Assembly: GCF_964188315.1 (NCBI RefSeq)
Contig: NC_135658.1
Location: forward strand, 34,596,001-34,660,000
From: Podarcis muralis
Taxonomy: Eukaryota
DNA length: 64,000 nt
Direction of reading: 5' to 3'
The notes under the pieces: model-generated
Databases searched by the model: none
The model's input: only the letters and a program-made list of their open reading frames with translations
Told to the model about the DNA's origin: nothing
Made by a program: the position numbers and the translations under genes
In this document: in pieces, positions 24,039 through 37,063 of the stretch
Position numbering within the stretch: position 1 is the stretch's first letter
Layout of the letters: each line of letters opens with the position of its first letter

Positions 24039-27000
24039 GTAATTACAACATCTTCTTAGACTTAGACAAACTAGCTGTTAATTTGTCATTGCAGATCTCT
24101 CTAAGAATTGTTTGGCTGTACCTCTGCAATTGCATGTCTTATTCAGGAGCTGGAAAACATGTTGGTAGGTTAGTTAGCAAATGTGTCTGAGGAAAAAAAA
24201 AATGACTGCAGAATTACTTATGACATTTACATTATAGGCAAGTGTCCCCCATCCCTGGCCTGAGTGGAACTGAATCTGAAAAGGTAGCACTACCTTATTT
24301 TGACTAAGGATGCTCGAGGATTTCACAGTTTAAAGTGATTTTTAATACCCAAACAGGAACACCATGATGCTTTAATTTTTACACTTTTCTGAAGTTTTCA
24401 GTACAGGAAGACAATATGGTTATACAGTTCCTGAATCATAAATTTACTCTTGAAAAAGGATTTCATTCTCTGTGTGAAGATTGGTTCCTACTCCATATTA
24501 TCTCTGTGAAGTCTGGTTCCTATTTACAGGAGGGCGGTAATTCAACTGTGTTGGTAAATGTAAGATTAGTATGCTGATTAGTATGTACCTCTTAAGGGTC
24601 AGGATGGTTGCTGTACCTTCCGGATTGAATTTAAGACAGGAGCTTGTATCAGGGTCACAGATAGTTCATGAATGGTATATTTTATCTGAAACGTATGCCA
24701 GTTGCACTGACGCCATGATCCATAGAAATAAACCACGAGAAAAGCACAGACTTATCACCCATTGTTAACCCACTTACTCATCTTTTCTCTGAATTAAAAA
24801 GCTGCAACCCTCCTTCTTAGAACTATTCCAAATGTAGTTGCACCATAGATTTGTATAACAGCACTATGATATTGGCAGTGTCCTTTTCAATTTAGCTTGT
24901 GTCGTATGGCAATGTGGGTGGGGCATGTCATGTTTCAAAGCCTTCTGCATTCAGCTCTATTAAAGTTCTCTTTTGGGTGCTTTTTAATCAGTCATTGAAC
25001 TTGCAGAATAAGTAGCCCATAAACCAGGGAAGAAGCACATGCAATTCAGCATCACGTGTTGTATAGTTTAAGGCATATGACTCTTGTGCACTGAAAACAG
25101 TGCAACCTAGAAAGACTTAATTTGAGACTGAATGCTGTGGCAGGTTTTACAGATTGTCTGTAAATAAAATGGAGTGTGTGTGTGTATATCTATATAAAAT
25201 TTTGCTTCAGATGTTCACTACCTCCTATCGGTCTGTTTGTGTATTTTAATATGGTGAATTTGTTGTTATTCTAGGTTGCCCCCTACAGATGGAGGAGACA
25301 GAAAAGGACAAATAATAGGTTGCCCTTACAAACCTGACGTTTCAGCTTTAATAAAGTAAGGGGAAAGGGGGATTACTAATGGTCACCATGTGCTGAATGG
25401 GCTTGCAGTCCCCTCTTCCAAAAGCAAGGGTGGGCGACTTCTTTTCTGTTGCTAGTTGCATTCCCTTGATGGTAATCTGTTGATGTCCACATGTTGGTGG
25501 TGGGTGGAGCCAGACACAAATATATTTTGGATTTACAAATAAAAACCAGTTTTCAGCGTGGCTACCAAAGGTTAGAATTCGCAGTCCTATGCAGATTCTA
25601 CTCTTAATACGATACGATAATCTTTATTGTCATTGTCAGAAGAACGAAATTGAAAAATCTACGTAAGACATTCAAAAACCAACAAGCCTGCTATCCCAGC
25701 TATCCCAACCTGGTTAGCCCCCTAAAAACTCTGATAACCTATTTTTAAATACCATATACTACCATAGAGACTCCTTACACTGAATTTAAAACCAAAATCG
25801 CATTTGGATAGAAACTGTTTCTCAGGTGGCTCGTCCTAGTCTTTATAACCCTGTACCTTCTTCCAGAAGGCAGAAGCTGAAAGAGATCATTTCCAGGGTG
25901 CGCACTATCCTGCACTATCTCTGCAGCTTTCTTATGACACCTGGAAATTTGATCCAAGGTGGGAAGAGTAAACCCTATTGAATTTGATGGGGTTACTCTT
26001 AAATAAGTATACTGATGAGGTTTTTTTTTTTTTTTAAGCATTACAGATCAATACAGTTTTCTGGAAAGCAAGTGAAGACAATTATTTTCTGACTTAGCAT
26101 GTGTGCTCACATACCTCACTTATCAGACATTTACCCTAAGCGATACAGTCAGGAAAAAGAACAACACCCACACCAGTTCATGTTACCCCGCCCCCCCCCC
26201 CAAATACTGGTCCTTCTAGTTGTTCTGCACTAACTACACAGAAAGAAGGCAAAAAGCCGAGGAAAATAAGCAAGGCATGAACAAGAAGGAAGGAACTCTG
26301 ATGGGATAGAAGAGTGGGGCAGCTTCAGAAGGTACTGAGGGCCGTGTTCAATAAGGTTGTGGTTTGCATGCAGCTCCTAATCCACAGGCTTCCCACCTGA
26401 ACCCCAAAACAACAAGTTTGTAGCAGAAGCAGCTCACCAGGTGGGATGGAGCCACTACACTAACTTCTCATCAGGTGGGTTGCTGCTGTTGATCAGGAGG
26501 GCAAGGTGAGAGGGAGGTATTTGTGGTGCAAATTACCAGCAGGAGCACTAGATTGGCTCTACCAGTGTGTTTGCTGCACCAGCCTCCCTACTGCCTCGCT
26601 CCTCTGCCTCCAGTAAGCAACAGCAGCCTACTCACTGGAGGTTCAGGCTGCCCTTGTGACATAGTGCACCATTTACCAATTTAGACTGCTGCACTTTCTG
26701 TACGACTGTCTGGCCTCAGTTATTCACACCCTGTTATTCTCCAGCTTAAACTACTCCAAGGTGTTATCCAGGGCTACCTTTGAAGGTGGCTTGGGAACTG
26801 CAGTTCACCCAAAATACGGCTGTGACTTGAAAAACCAGTGCAGTTCAGCACCAAGTATGTTGCCTCAGTGCAGTATAATCAAACTACTTTACACAAGTCA
26901 AGTGTGGGCACAGACCACCCTAAGTGCAGATTTATGTACAACAAGAGCAGGGACCTCTTTTTCACCAGTGCAGCACTGTTGTTGTTTAGTTGTTTAGTCA

Positions 27001-28328
27001 TGTCCGACTCTTCGTGACCCCATGGACCAGAGCACGCCAGGCACTCCTATCTTCCACTACCTCCCGCAGTTTGGTCAGACTCATGTTTGTAGCTTCAATT
27101 TGTAGCTGCAGTGCAGCACTAGAGCCACAAAAACATGAGGATTAGTACCAAGCAATGCATATCAGGCATTGAGCCTGTATGCCAGGCGCCAGCTGGTTTT
27201 TGTCTATAAAAGCTACACTTGCCAGAAAGTACATATGAAAATGGTTCACTTCCGTTTTCTGTTCTGCTTTAACAGCCTTCACAAATGACACACTCCCTCC
27301 TAAAAGGAGTTTTTTAGGCACTTTAATCCATCTTCCTGTTTCCCTGATCTATTAATTACTGCATTTTATTCAGTCTTTCATATGACATAAAAGTCACTTC
27401 TGGAAATCTAGTGGAAGTTTTGCTCTTATTTCAGCGATCATTGGTTCTAGAAAAGGCATTTACTATGGAATAGTAAGGCTTATTGGGCATCCATAACAAA
27501 TGTTTTCTGAGCACTTAGTCTTAGAGAGGTGATGAAAACCCTTGAATGTATGTCTGAAGGGTGATTCTGGATAGGTGAGAGCAAATCAATGAAGTTTAAT
27601 TTAGAAAAGATGGGAGTTCTGAGTGTTGAACAGACTGCTGTATGAGTTTTGGATGAAGTTGCATTCCATCTAAAAGAGCCAGGGGCACAGTTTGGAGGTT
27701 CTCTTGGATTATGTGCAATCTGGAAACACTGGTGACCTAGTGAGCTAGGAGTGCCTCGGTTTATGCTAGTTCACTAGCCACAGCTCTTTCTGGAGAAACA
27801 GATCTTGCCTCAGCTACACATGCTCTGGTTGCATGCAGAGGAAATTATGCAATATGTAGGACCGCCTTTAAAGACAGTTCAGGAACTTTAGCCTGCACAG
27901 AATACAACTTTTAAGATACAGTCAAACCTCGGATCCCAAACACCTCTCTTTTGGAACGTTTCGGCTCCCAAATGCTGAAAACCCAGAAGTAAATGCTCCA
28001 GTTTTGGATCGTTTTTTGGAAGCTGAACGTCCAACACGGCTTCTGCTTGGGTGCATGACGTTCCTGCGCCCAATCGGAAGCCATGCCTTGGTTGTCGAAC
28101 ATTTCAGAAGCTGAAGGGGTTCCAGAATGGATTACGTTCGACAACCGAGGTTTGACTGAACTCGTGGGAACCAAGCAACACTGTGCTGTCTACAATGGCT
28201 GCCTCTTTGTTTCCAGGCACAGTTTAAAGTGTTTGTTTTGACCTTTAAAGCACTGAAAGCTTGGGGACCAGGTCTGCACTCCAATGAATCTTCCTAGATC
28301 CTACAACCAGGCTCAGAGGCCCTGCTTT

Positions 28329-28376
<48 letters not shown>

Positions 28377-31300
28377 CAAAGCTCATCACCGAAGTGGACA
28401 TCAAAGGCAGGGCCTTTCTTCTGGTTGCCCCACATTTCTGGAAATCTCCCCCTAAATAAGTACACATGACTTTGCCTCTACTTTTACGTAGACCTTTCAA
28501 ATTTACTTGTTTCATTCAATTTTTTATTGACGTGTTGTATGTGCTGGTTGTTAACTACTCCCATTTTTATTTGTTTTGGTGTTATTTATAATGCATTAAA
28601 ATTATTGTCTGTTCTTGTCTGAAATGTTGGTAAGCAGTCTTGGGATGGTTTCTTTTTTGGCACCAAATGTGGCATTATTTTATAAAACAAATGAACTAAC
28701 ATTTTAATATTTCCCCCCTCTTTTTTCCTCTAGGGGGGAAAAATTCTATCCTTTTCTGTGCATTAACGATTTTGTAAAAGTGTCTGGGGACCATGGAAGT
28801 CACAGGATCGAACTACCTTATGGAATAAAAGGAGCGGGTAAGCCATTGATATGTGCTGCATTAAATATAAGGTTATGCAAGATTAAATGATGAAAGTGAA
28901 CCTTTCATTATTTATTAATGGGTGTAAAGTTTTTTCTGAGGTGTTGCTGTTTAAAGGCAGTATGGTACAACACCAAGCAGATATGGAAAATGTAGAATGT
29001 GATTTCCTGCTTCCCCCTCCTCATTCTACTTCATACATGGTATTGCACGCACCCTTCTTTACCTGCTTATATTTGGGATGGAGAGGAGAAATTGAATGTT
29101 TTGGAAGGTCCATGCAATATTTCATTTTAAACATTCGAATTGCGGGTGGTGCCTGCAAGGATATGGAATGTGTAGAATGGGCCCAATTTAATTGTTAGGA
29201 TGCATATCACAGAAACTTTCTGGCACCTTGGGTGGGAGCAGGGAATTATAGGCTGCTTCCATATATTTCCATCAATTAACATGGAATAGAGATAAGCACA
29301 AGAAACTTGTATTCTTCCTAATCTTTGTATGACTATTGCCGCTGGGGTTTTAAGTCTCTGCTCCAACAGTGTTCATGAGATTAAAAGGCCATAAACTTAT
29401 TTAACAAACTCACACTGACCTCTGACAAATTAATATTTTATTTAAAAATGCACATAACACAATTACGCTTAATTTTGTTGGTACAATAAAGTGCTGATTC
29501 TTAATTAATGATTTTTCTAAAATAATTTGTATTACAGAAAGGTATTTCCATATGGCACTTTCAAGGCTACAAAACTGCAGAGTATTCACTGAAGATGATA
29601 GGTGAGGTTATTTTTGTGTTATTGCCAACTGTTGATGAAAAAGACAGTCTTTGGATTGATATAATTGCTACCATTTTAGCTGAGATTAAGGCCCATGTAA
29701 AAAAAAAAAAAAAAAAAAAAAACCCCAGCCGCCCAGGACACACAATATGGAATTACTCACTGCATAGCTCAGTTGAGTTCTAAATGCAAATTGGAACTCA
29801 AAAGGATTTGCCCTTTTGATTGTTCATTTAAAGAAAAAAAAATCTGGGCAGTTCTTCAATTGTTGACATAACATTCATTCATTCATTCATTTTAAAAATG
29901 TTGTTGGCCATTTTAATTATGATGATGATTTTAATTTATTATCTACCCTTTAGCCTAAGGTCACAGGGCAGGTTACAATCATTTAAAAGAGAAAATTTAA
30001 AAAAAAAATCCAGTTTAAAAACATGTAATTAGAAAGATACCAAAAAAGGGTCTTGTGAAAAATAGAATGGGTCCTGAAAATATACATTCAATTACCTGCC
30101 CTTCACCAGCTGGTCCCATTTTAATTTCCTGGATCCATGTGAATTCTACACCATAACTTCATATTTGAGGGTGGCTTAATTTTTAAATACAGTGGTACCT
30201 CAGGTTACATATGCTTCAGGTTACAGACTCTGCTATCCCAGAAATAGTGCTTCAGGTTAAGAACTTTGCTTCAGGATGACAATAGAAATCGGGCTCCAGC
30301 AGCGCGGTGGCAGCAGGAGGCCCCATTAGCTAAAGTGGTGCTTCAGGTTAAGAACAGTTTCAGGTTAAGATTGGGCCTCCGGAACGAATTAAGTACTTAA
30401 CCTGAGGTACCACTGTATGGATAAGGTAAAACTAAGAACATAAGAAGAGCCCTGCTGTACCAGACCAAAGGCCCATCTAGTCCAGGATTCTGTCCTCACA
30501 GTGGCTAGCCATATGCCTGTGGAAAGAGAGTGTTATTTTCCCAACATGGGGTTCAAACCCACAACCCTGTCATTAAGAGCCTCATGCTCTACCAACTGAG
30601 TCATCTTGGTCCATTCGTGTTCGATACTGCACTGTTAGAATCATACACACAGACTCCCATGACTACTAATCTTTCACTCTATTCAATTCATGACCGTGAC
30701 AGCAACTCCCTTCTGAAGATTCCTTAGGGCAGCATAGGGGAAACTAACCACTTCCTGATGGCAAACAGAGTCTTTCTCCCTTCCCAGTTCTCCGGAAGCG
30801 GCTCTTTTAGGGCTGGAGGGTGAGGCAGTGCAGGTGGAAAAAGCCATTACGTGCTGGTCAACACAGAGTCTCTCACCTCTCATATTGTGGTAGCGAATTC
30901 CATTGTGCTTTGTGAAGAAGTACTTCTTTTTGTCTGTCCCAGATCTCCCAACATTTAGCTTCATCTCCCAACATTTGGATCACCCTCGTTCTAAAGGGAT
31001 GAGAAGAAGGGAGAAAAGTATGTTAAGTTTAAAACAATGCCAGAGTTTGAAAGAACATTTCTGATTTCTCCTGGGGGGTGAAGAGGTTGGTTTGGATAAA
31101 GCTGAAGCGTTGTGCAGTGCAAACAACACCACAGAATAGACTTACTGTTGCTGGGGAATGGAGAGGAAGGTGGGAGGGTATTGTGTTGTTTTAATGTAGA
31201 TTGGTTGCTGTGTGCTGAGCACTGATATTTGGTTTCGGGGAGCTTGTCACATAGTAGTTGTCTTTGCCTGCTCTTTCCACACCAGAAGGTTACATGAACC

Positions 31301-34300
31301 AGTGTTGTTTGCTTCATAATCTGGCTCATGAGTGCCATGCCCCAATCACAGATAACAAATAAGCTTGTTACATTATATGCATTTATGTCAGCAAGCAAAG
31401 TGCCCAGCCAAGATATATTCATGAATTCCTTGTGCACATTGTGCATTCTTGTTCAGGCTCCTGGGTGGGAGGGAAGAAAGAAAGAGAATGATAAGCAATT
31501 AATGCCTCCTTTGAGAATGTCCAGCCTGTTTCATAAGCAGAGGCTTGTGAGGCTAGAAGGACCTCAAGGACAGGACGTACCCACTGCCTGGTGCTGTCTG
31601 GGTAGGGGGCTGGAATGGCAATTGAGGTCCTTCAGAAGAAGAATCTATTAACCGCTTGTATGGCCCAGCGGGAGAAGGGGCTTCACTGCAGGTTTATGAA
31701 AAAGTTAAGCACACATAGTGGAAGAAGAGCTTTGTGGTGCTCCCATTAGCCCCAGCAAGCATAGCCAATGACGAGGGATGATGAGAATCATAGTACACAG
31801 CATCTGGACAGGACCCTACTGTGAGTCCAAGAGCAATACAAGACCTGGATTCTCTTACTTTTTTAAAAAGAGGAAAACCTGAAAAGAAGCTTCAGAAGCT
31901 GCAGTCAGGAGCAGAAAAGTACCAGGAGGGCTGGCCGGTCCTAAAATCCCCCCTTCTACTTAATTTCTCCAACCATCTGGTTATATTCCCTATTCTTTTT
32001 TCCTCAAGTGCTTGGCTAGCCACTTTCATTGTCAAATTGTCTCAGGGTTTAAATGTTTGTGCTAATTATGTTGTGAGGTGGGATAAATTAACCCTCCCCA
32101 AGAAAAGCATCTTCTCCACAAAACTTTGATTGATCACAATCTCTTTGTTCCAGCAGCCCATCCTGTAAAAAATGTGTTGTTGTTGGCAATGGAGGGGTGC
32201 TTCGAAACAAGAGTCTGGGGGAGACAATTGATTCTTATGATGTGGTAATCAGGTAAATGGTTTTTTTTTTTTTGCATTAATTAATAAGTTTTAGTAAGTA
32301 TTTCTATTGTTCAGCATCATTTTCCCTATATGAATCTTTTGTTCTTCTGCAAAATAGTGGCTACCATGACTATTCCCTTTTGAATTAAAGGCCACTGTCA
32401 TCAGTCTTGGGTGCTAGTATTAAAAAAAATAGCCAGCTTCTCTTTCGGTACAAATCGTATAATTTTCAATTTTTGGGGTGGGGTGGATGGGAGGCAATAT
32501 TTGAAATTATGCATATAGGAAGGAAACATAGGGACAAGAAGAGAAATACAGTATATGAGAAGGTGTTGAAGGGTTAATTATTCCTTGACAGCTGGTTTCT
32601 CTGTTCCACCAGCAGCAGCCAGCCCAGGCTTTGTAATCTCTCAGAACCCAGTGAGCTTCCTCAATAACTTGCTTCTCATTAAAGAGAATGTACACTTTAC
32701 TCTTGAACTGTTTGTTCAGCAATAGAAGTGTTTGCTCAAGACTGATTTGCATATTGGCAATGAAAAGTCTAGAGAGGCTATGAGTGATTTCACTAAACCG
32801 TCTCTTCTTTATAGATCTCCTCTTCTTTAACTTCCTTATATAGACAGGAGTATTGTTACATTTCCCAACGTTGCTCCTGTTAACACTGTGGAAGCCCCGA
32901 CCCATTTTTTTTTAAAATGGTGTTGGGTGGGTTTTTTTTTATAGTAAAAGAAGTGGCCTTATTTTCATCAGTGCTGGCCTAGAAAGAGAAGTGGAGGTTT
33001 CCACCCACCCTGCCCTCTTCCCTTCCTTTCCGTAGAATGCCACTGTGCCCAGGTGTGCCCAGAAATGTTCTCCATAGGGACAGAAAAGAAGAGGGATTTA
33101 TTTTTGTATAACCAATTCTTTTTTTAATGTTCTTCAACAGAATGAATAATGGACCTGTTGTAGGCTATGAAGAAGACGTTGGAAGAAAGACAACATTCCG
33201 GCTCTTTTATCCAGAATCTAGTTTTTCAGATCCAATTCACTATGACCCTAACACAACTGCAGTTCTTGTTGTCTTCAAGACCCATGACTTAAAATGGCTT
33301 TGGGATCTGCTAAGTGGCCAGCGTTTAATAGTAAGCCAGTTTTATTTTACTTGTTAATCTGTTGGAAATGATGTTGCTAATGAAATGTACATAGTTTCTC
33401 ATCAATAAAATTCCCTTACAAAAATAAAATATAAAGCTCTCATACATTGTTTTTTAAAAAATACAAAATGCATTAATTAAAACAACAACAAATTCAAAAT
33501 ATTATATAACTTTTGCTCACAGAGATCAAATAAAACTATAGCTCAGCTTAAAACTCCACTATAAGAGCAGGGATATAAAGGTTTATTTAACACTTAATAT
33601 AAACAATGAAGGCCTAGGGTTTGTTTTACAACACATGTTTCAAAGGCCTGGGTGATTTAAAAATGTCTTCACCTAGCACTGAAAAGACCATAACAAACAT
33701 AAGAACAACCTGTTGGATCAAGCCAATGTCTCATCTAGGCCCATATGTTTATAGGAAACAAGGAAGCAGGACTCAAACACAAGAGCTCTCTCTCTTCCCC
33801 TTCCAATGGCATAATGCTGGAAGAAAACCTTCATCTATATATGCCTTCAATCTGTGCCCATTGTCTACAATGGCACCATGCTATAGGAGTCTGCCTCTCG
33901 TCTTTGAGTTTGGCAGAGTTAAGATGTTCTTGTTCTGTCCTTGTCCAACTGTTTCCTTTCTCAGAAAATACTTGCACTCCTTGTATATTTGTTCCTCCCC
34001 CACATGCTCACTTAAAAATGGCAGTGATCAAAATCCTCCTCTGTAATCAAAACATGAGGCCTGACTGTGTGTCAAAATGTAGCGCTACTTTGAAAATGGA
34101 AAGCCCTTTTCCCAACCCCTCCAGTCTCTGGGCAAAGGGATATGACCAGAAACCGTAGATCTGTCTAATAAATAGAATCTACTCTGCATCAAAGTCAGCA
34201 GGCAGATGAAGCTACAGGTATTAGCTTTTCATCAAGCTACTAACCAGTATATTCACTGAAGCTCTGATCAGTTCATTCCTCGAAGTGGGGAAAAATAAAC

Positions 34301-37063
34301 AAATTGTGTTGCATTTTTTCTTAGGATCTGAAAGGTTGTTGTAATTTCTTATATATAGTTTAGCCAGATACATAGCTTTTAAGAAGGTGCCAAAAATATG
34401 TGAATTATGTTGTAATAGGAAAGGCTATCTTTCAGTGACTCTTCTTGACCTTGACACCATCTATTCTGAAAAGCTCTGCGGTTCTCCCACAAATTCCCAG
34501 CACAATGTTTTAAATTTCTTGCCAGTTCTGTTATACAGTTTTCTTGTTATCTAGCCATGAAAAAGAATTATCATCTTATTGTTTTCACATTTAGGAAATT
34601 CGTTATTCAGTCATTTCCCTTTCCCATAAATGTTGCCCCATGACACAGAATGCATTCAGGAACTCAAAGTGACTGAGTATTTACAACTGGGGCGGCTTCT
34701 TTCAGGGTGAGGCAGTGTGTGGTTTCTTTCCGTTACCTCTCCCCTCTCAGTGATGTGTGACCTCGTCGAGATAATTTCCCTTCCAGTAATGTGACTTGCC
34801 AAGATGTAACAGAGGTACAGTTTTGAAATGCTAAATGCAAGCTCTTTGTTCCATAGAGAACAAATGCCTTCTGGAAAAAACCAGCAACACAAATGATATA
34901 CAAATCCCACCAAATCAGAATCCTTGATCCCGCCATTACCAGGAAAACAGCCTATGAACTGCTCCACTTGCCTACAAGGTTCTCCAAACACGTGGTAAGT
35001 ATTATCTCACACCGCTCATTTCAGGAGAACTATTGCTGTCCCTGCCATTCTACATGCGTTGGAGGCTGTATAAACCCTAAGTCACATGGTGAGCCTGTAC
35101 AAATAGAAGTCAGCATGCTTGTTTTCCTTCCTTCTGTGCTGTATTTCAAATTTTTTTAGAATGACTGATTAGGGCTAATATTAAACCAGATGATGATGCA
35201 CAAGCACCTTGAAATATCAGTTGACTTTGGAGTTTCCTGTGAGGAACTCTGTAACACAGCCAATGCCACAGGAAGCCTGTGCTATAGATAGAAGACACAT
35301 AACCCCACAATAGGGTAATACCTTTATTAGGATCAATTCAGATCTCATAAAGTAGTGAACAAGCATCTGAGTTTCCAGGATTCCTCCTTTATACTAGATG
35401 GCCAAGCAGATCCTTTTGTTCTTTTGTTTAATATCCAGCCAGAAGGTGATTTCTGGAGAAGCTAAAAGCTTGCTTGCTGTTTTGTGAAATTCGAGAGGTT
35501 CCTAATATTAGCTGCTCCTGATAATGGTATAATCCTGGGCTGGATCTAGACATATCAAAGCAGTGTTTCAGTTAAACACATTGCAAACTTTGTATGAGAA
35601 ATCGGATTAGCAAAAACAGAATCCACAGCACCATCTGATGTTTTTTCTTTGCCAGTGTAGCTGAGTCCCTGGTTTGTAAAGTATAGGCTGCGAAGTATTT
35701 TGAGTCTGGCTTTTAGTTCTCTGAAGTTTTTAATTTAGGCAAAACATTTCTTTCTCTTCAATAAGTAACCAAACACCAGGGCTGTTATTTTAGCCAGAAC
35801 TCGCCAGACCAGAACTCAGTTCTGGCACCTCTCAGATGGGCACCATAGCCATTAAAAAGAGGTGTTCGTGGTGAGTTCCGGCACCTCTTTTTCTAGAAAA
35901 ATAGCACTGTCAAACACTAATACATCGTGTTCGTGTGATGTGTGTGTTTGTAGATAAAATACTTTTGGTTTTATGCAGCTTGTATTTTTGTGCTTTGTTT
36001 TGCTTTTTTAGAAACCCAAGCATCCCACCACGGGGTTAATTGCCATTGCTTTTGCATTTCATATATGCAGTGAAGTTCACCTGGCAGGCTTCAGGTACAA
36101 CTTTGAGGACCGAAACAGTTCTTTGCACTACTATGGTCATGACACCATGTCTCTGATGATACAGGTAAAGTGCTACTTCCTTCTTAGCATGCATATTTTG
36201 TTTACTCCATTTTATTTTCATTTTGACTGGATTCTCTCAAATAGTGGGTTGGTGCTAGCAGAAAGAGAGGGTGCCTGATTTTCACAGAACCCCTTCCATT
36301 TACTTCAGTCCTCTGTACATATTGTTTCAATGCTGCAACCCTGTTGTAGGATATTTGGGTTTCAAGGGGCTGCAATGGGTTGCTCCATCTTGCGTGAGTG
36401 GAAATGTTTTCCACTAGCGCAAAGCCACCATTTGCTTTAACCCTGTATTTCTAATCCATGGTTGGGGTCAGTTGGTGCATAAGGCAAAGTGAAACATGGC
36501 TTAGCATGGATATGTGGGTTCCTGGAGAGGATATTGGGATCCCTTTGCTCCTCCTCTAGTCCTTCTGCTGCGGACTAAGCCAAGGTTTGGCTCAGCATGT
36601 TGTCCAAACCCAAGCATAACAAGCCCCAGCCTTCCTCCCTTAGATCTGCAGAGATGGGCATGAAAGGGAGGTAAGGAGCTTACTTGGCTGAGCAGTTGTT
36701 CAGGTTTCCCATTCCCTTGCTCAGAAGCACCTGAAGCACATTAGCTGTGCAGTAGCAAGACTAGCAAGCAAGTTCAGGGAAGTGGCACCATCATTTTTGA
36801 CTTGGCTACCGAGTCCAGTTAAAAATCAAGGACCCTTGGTTAGAATCCCATTTATTTCGGTGAGATTTAGGGTACATAATGTTCCCCTGATAGGGCCCCA
36901 GGATTAAGATACATATACCCCCTTTTCACTTTTTAAAAAAGATTACAAAATTCTGTGTTATTTTTGTTTTGCACAGAATGAATACCATGATATTTCTGCT
37001 GAACAAAGGTTTCTGAAGGAACTTGTGGACCGCAGCATTGTGGTCAATCTCACAGAAAAATAA
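23950..37063 (+). CDS. ST3GAL6: ST3 beta-galactoside alpha-2,3-sialyltransferase 6; spliced CDS join(23950..24038,25275..25355,28734..28837,29538..29601,32157..32252,33141..33330,34857..34994,36012..36164,36977..37063), 1002 nt, 333 aa
   Basis: Nine exons, all GT-AG, phase-compatible and stop-free. Sialylmotif L ([48 protein letters not shown]), S ([23 protein letters not shown]), III (HYYG) and VS (HDISAE) are present. Sequence and exon sizes (89/81/104/64/96/190/138/153/87) closely match human ST3GAL6 as I recall it. Confidence 0.96.
25275..25355 (+). CDS. ST3GAL6: ST3GAL6 coding exon 2 (stem; [27 protein letters not shown])
   Basis: ttattctag acceptor, gtaagg donor, phase 2 to 2; C-x-x-KP aligns to the mammalian stem. 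Confidence 0.8.
25608..25993 (-). mobile_element. Rex1/Babar LINE 3' fragment
   Basis: FTLPTLDQI...[35 protein letters not shown] is the typical Rex1 ORF end; short-repeat tail; 9-bp TSD TACTCTTAA. Confidence 0.85.
26978..27108 (-). mobile_element. Bov-B 3' fragment
   Basis: Reverse complement of the Bov-B tail; 12-bp TSD CAGTGCAGCACT. Confidence 0.9.
27919..28158. mobile_element. Tigger-like MITE (CAGTCAAACCTCGG family) inserted in an L2-like remnant
   Basis: TIRs CAGTCAAACCTCGG / CCGAGGTTTGACTG; left flank TA; L2-like sequence on both sides. Confidence 0.8.
28332..28376 (+). repeat. (AAT)n microsatellite
   Basis: Direct reading. Confidence 0.95.
28734..28837 (+). CDS. ST3GAL6: ST3GAL6 coding exon 3 ([13 protein letters not shown]...ELPYGIKGA)
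   Basis: ttttttcctctag acceptor, gtaagc donor, 104 nt; PFLC and LPYG motifs. Confidence 0.93.
29538..29601 (+). CDS. ST3GAL6: ST3GAL6 coding exon 4 ([21 protein letters not shown])
   Basis: attacag acceptor, gtgagg donor, 64 nt. Confidence 0.92.
30190..30415 (-). mobile_element. Tigger-like MITE, family CAGTGGTACCTC (reverse orientation)
   Basis: Reverse complement of 6075-6308, TA TSD. Confidence 0.9.
30536..30609 (-). mobile_element. tRNA-Lys(CTT)-derived SINE head, degenerate
   Basis: Reverse complement gactcagttggtagagcatgaggctcttaatgacagggttgtgggtttgaaccccatgttggg; stems broken. Confidence 0.65.
30720..30990 (-). mobile_element. CR1 3' fragment
   Basis: Minus translation [17 protein letters not shown]. 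Confidence 0.7.
32157..32252 (+). CDS. ST3GAL6: ST3GAL6 coding exon 5 (first half of sialylmotif L); tandem CAGCAG acceptor, alternative start 32154
   Basis: [30 protein letters not shown]; donor gtaaat. Confidence 0.96.
33141..33330 (+). CDS. ST3GAL6: ST3GAL6 coding exon 6 ([26 protein letters not shown]...)
   Basis: ttcttcaacag acceptor, gtaagc donor; overlaps ORF-track entry 33127..33357. Confidence 0.96.
34857..34994 (+). CDS. ST3GAL6: ST3GAL6 coding exon 7 ([25 protein letters not shown]...)
   Basis: tttgttccatag acceptor, gtaagt donor, 138 nt. Confidence 0.95.
35777..35909. mobile_element. Short hAT-type MITE in an ST3GAL6 intron
   Basis: Imperfect TIRs CAGGGCTGTTATTTT / AAAAATAGCACTG; TSD [C/T]CAAACAC. 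Confidence 0.7.
36012..36164 (+). CDS. ST3GAL6: ST3GAL6 coding exon 8 (sialylmotifs S and III)
   Basis: [31 protein letters not shown]...LHYYG; gtaaag donor, 153 nt. Confidence 0.96.
36977..37063 (+). CDS. ST3GAL6: ST3GAL6 last coding exon (sialylmotif VS, stop TAA)
   Basis: ttttgcacag acceptor; [28 protein letters not shown]. Confidence 0.95.
   Translation, partial: NEYHDISAEQRFLKELVDRSIVVNLTEK

Noticed and set aside
30991-31446. 151-aa minus-strand ORF in an ST3GAL6 intron
   Set aside because: No recognisable motif; composition looks non-coding.
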